Shown in pieces: positions 63,575-64,000 of a stretch of DNA of 64,000 nt. Made by a program: the position numbers and the translations under genes. How positions within the stretch are numbered: the stretch's first letter is position 1; every line of letters starts with the position of its first letter. Under the pieces are notes generated by a model, which was not told the origin of the DNA, ran no database searches, and was given only the letters and a program-made list of their open reading frames with translations. This DNA comes from Octopus sinensis (lineage: Eukaryota), in assembly GCF_006345805.1 (NCBI RefSeq), contig NC_043002.1:46748001-46812000 (forward strand), written 5' to 3'.

Positions 63575-64000
63575 ATTTGCTAATATAGGTGTCTTAAAAT
63601 ACGCTCTAAGCAGTTTTCCATTGTAGTCATCCATTTTTTAAAAAGTTTAAATTATTTTGTATGCCACACATATCTAAGCTTTTTACTAATTAATCTTAAT
63701 TAGACTAGTTAATATATATTTCTTTATCATTTCAATTACATGTTTTTTAAAATCGTATGTTCTCCAGTTATCATCAGGTGATATTATACACATGTGTGCA
63801 CACTACTTCAGATTAGGATTACAACAGTGTGTGACACATAAAATTTATATGCTATTCTCCTGCAATGCTTGTATGTTCCAGTCTTTCATATTTAAACATA
63901 TTTCAATAAACTTATATCACTGGCTAAGATTATAGTATGTTTAATAGATGTGTGATAAATAGCTATGAAGCCATCATATTACAGGCACCTATGCATATAA

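Overview
AT-rich, microsatellite- and transposon-dense eukaryotic DNA. The SINE repertoire and compound (AT/AG/AC/ATAC)n repeats point to an octopod cephalopod (inference). One host gene is visible: the 3' end of a minus-strand myosin-IC-like gene (MYO1C/Myo61F type). Seven GT-AG exons between 62858 and 30165 splice in frame to about 199 aa of TH1 tail; the rest of the gene lies beyond the right edge. None of these exons appears as a clean ORF in the supplied track. The left ~28.8 kb looks intergenic and keeps its CpGs, while the gene body is CpG-depleted. The remainder is mobile DNA: a full-length pseudogenised mariner, Tc1/pogo/mariner remnants, hAT, Mutator-like and Tc2-like MITEs, two Helitrons, R4/Dong, CR1/L2, RTE and Penelope-like fragments, and at least four tRNA-derived SINE families. 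Best leads: (1) four minimal hammerhead-ribozyme motifs in Penelope-like short repeats, intact when intergenic or antisense and degraded when sense to the myosin pre-mRNA; (2) a candidate 29-nt stop-containing cassette exon that would switch the myosin C-terminus; (3) nested inverted repeats around a myosin exon; (4) a visible gene-body methylation footprint. All alignments were done by eye; no computation or database search was run.
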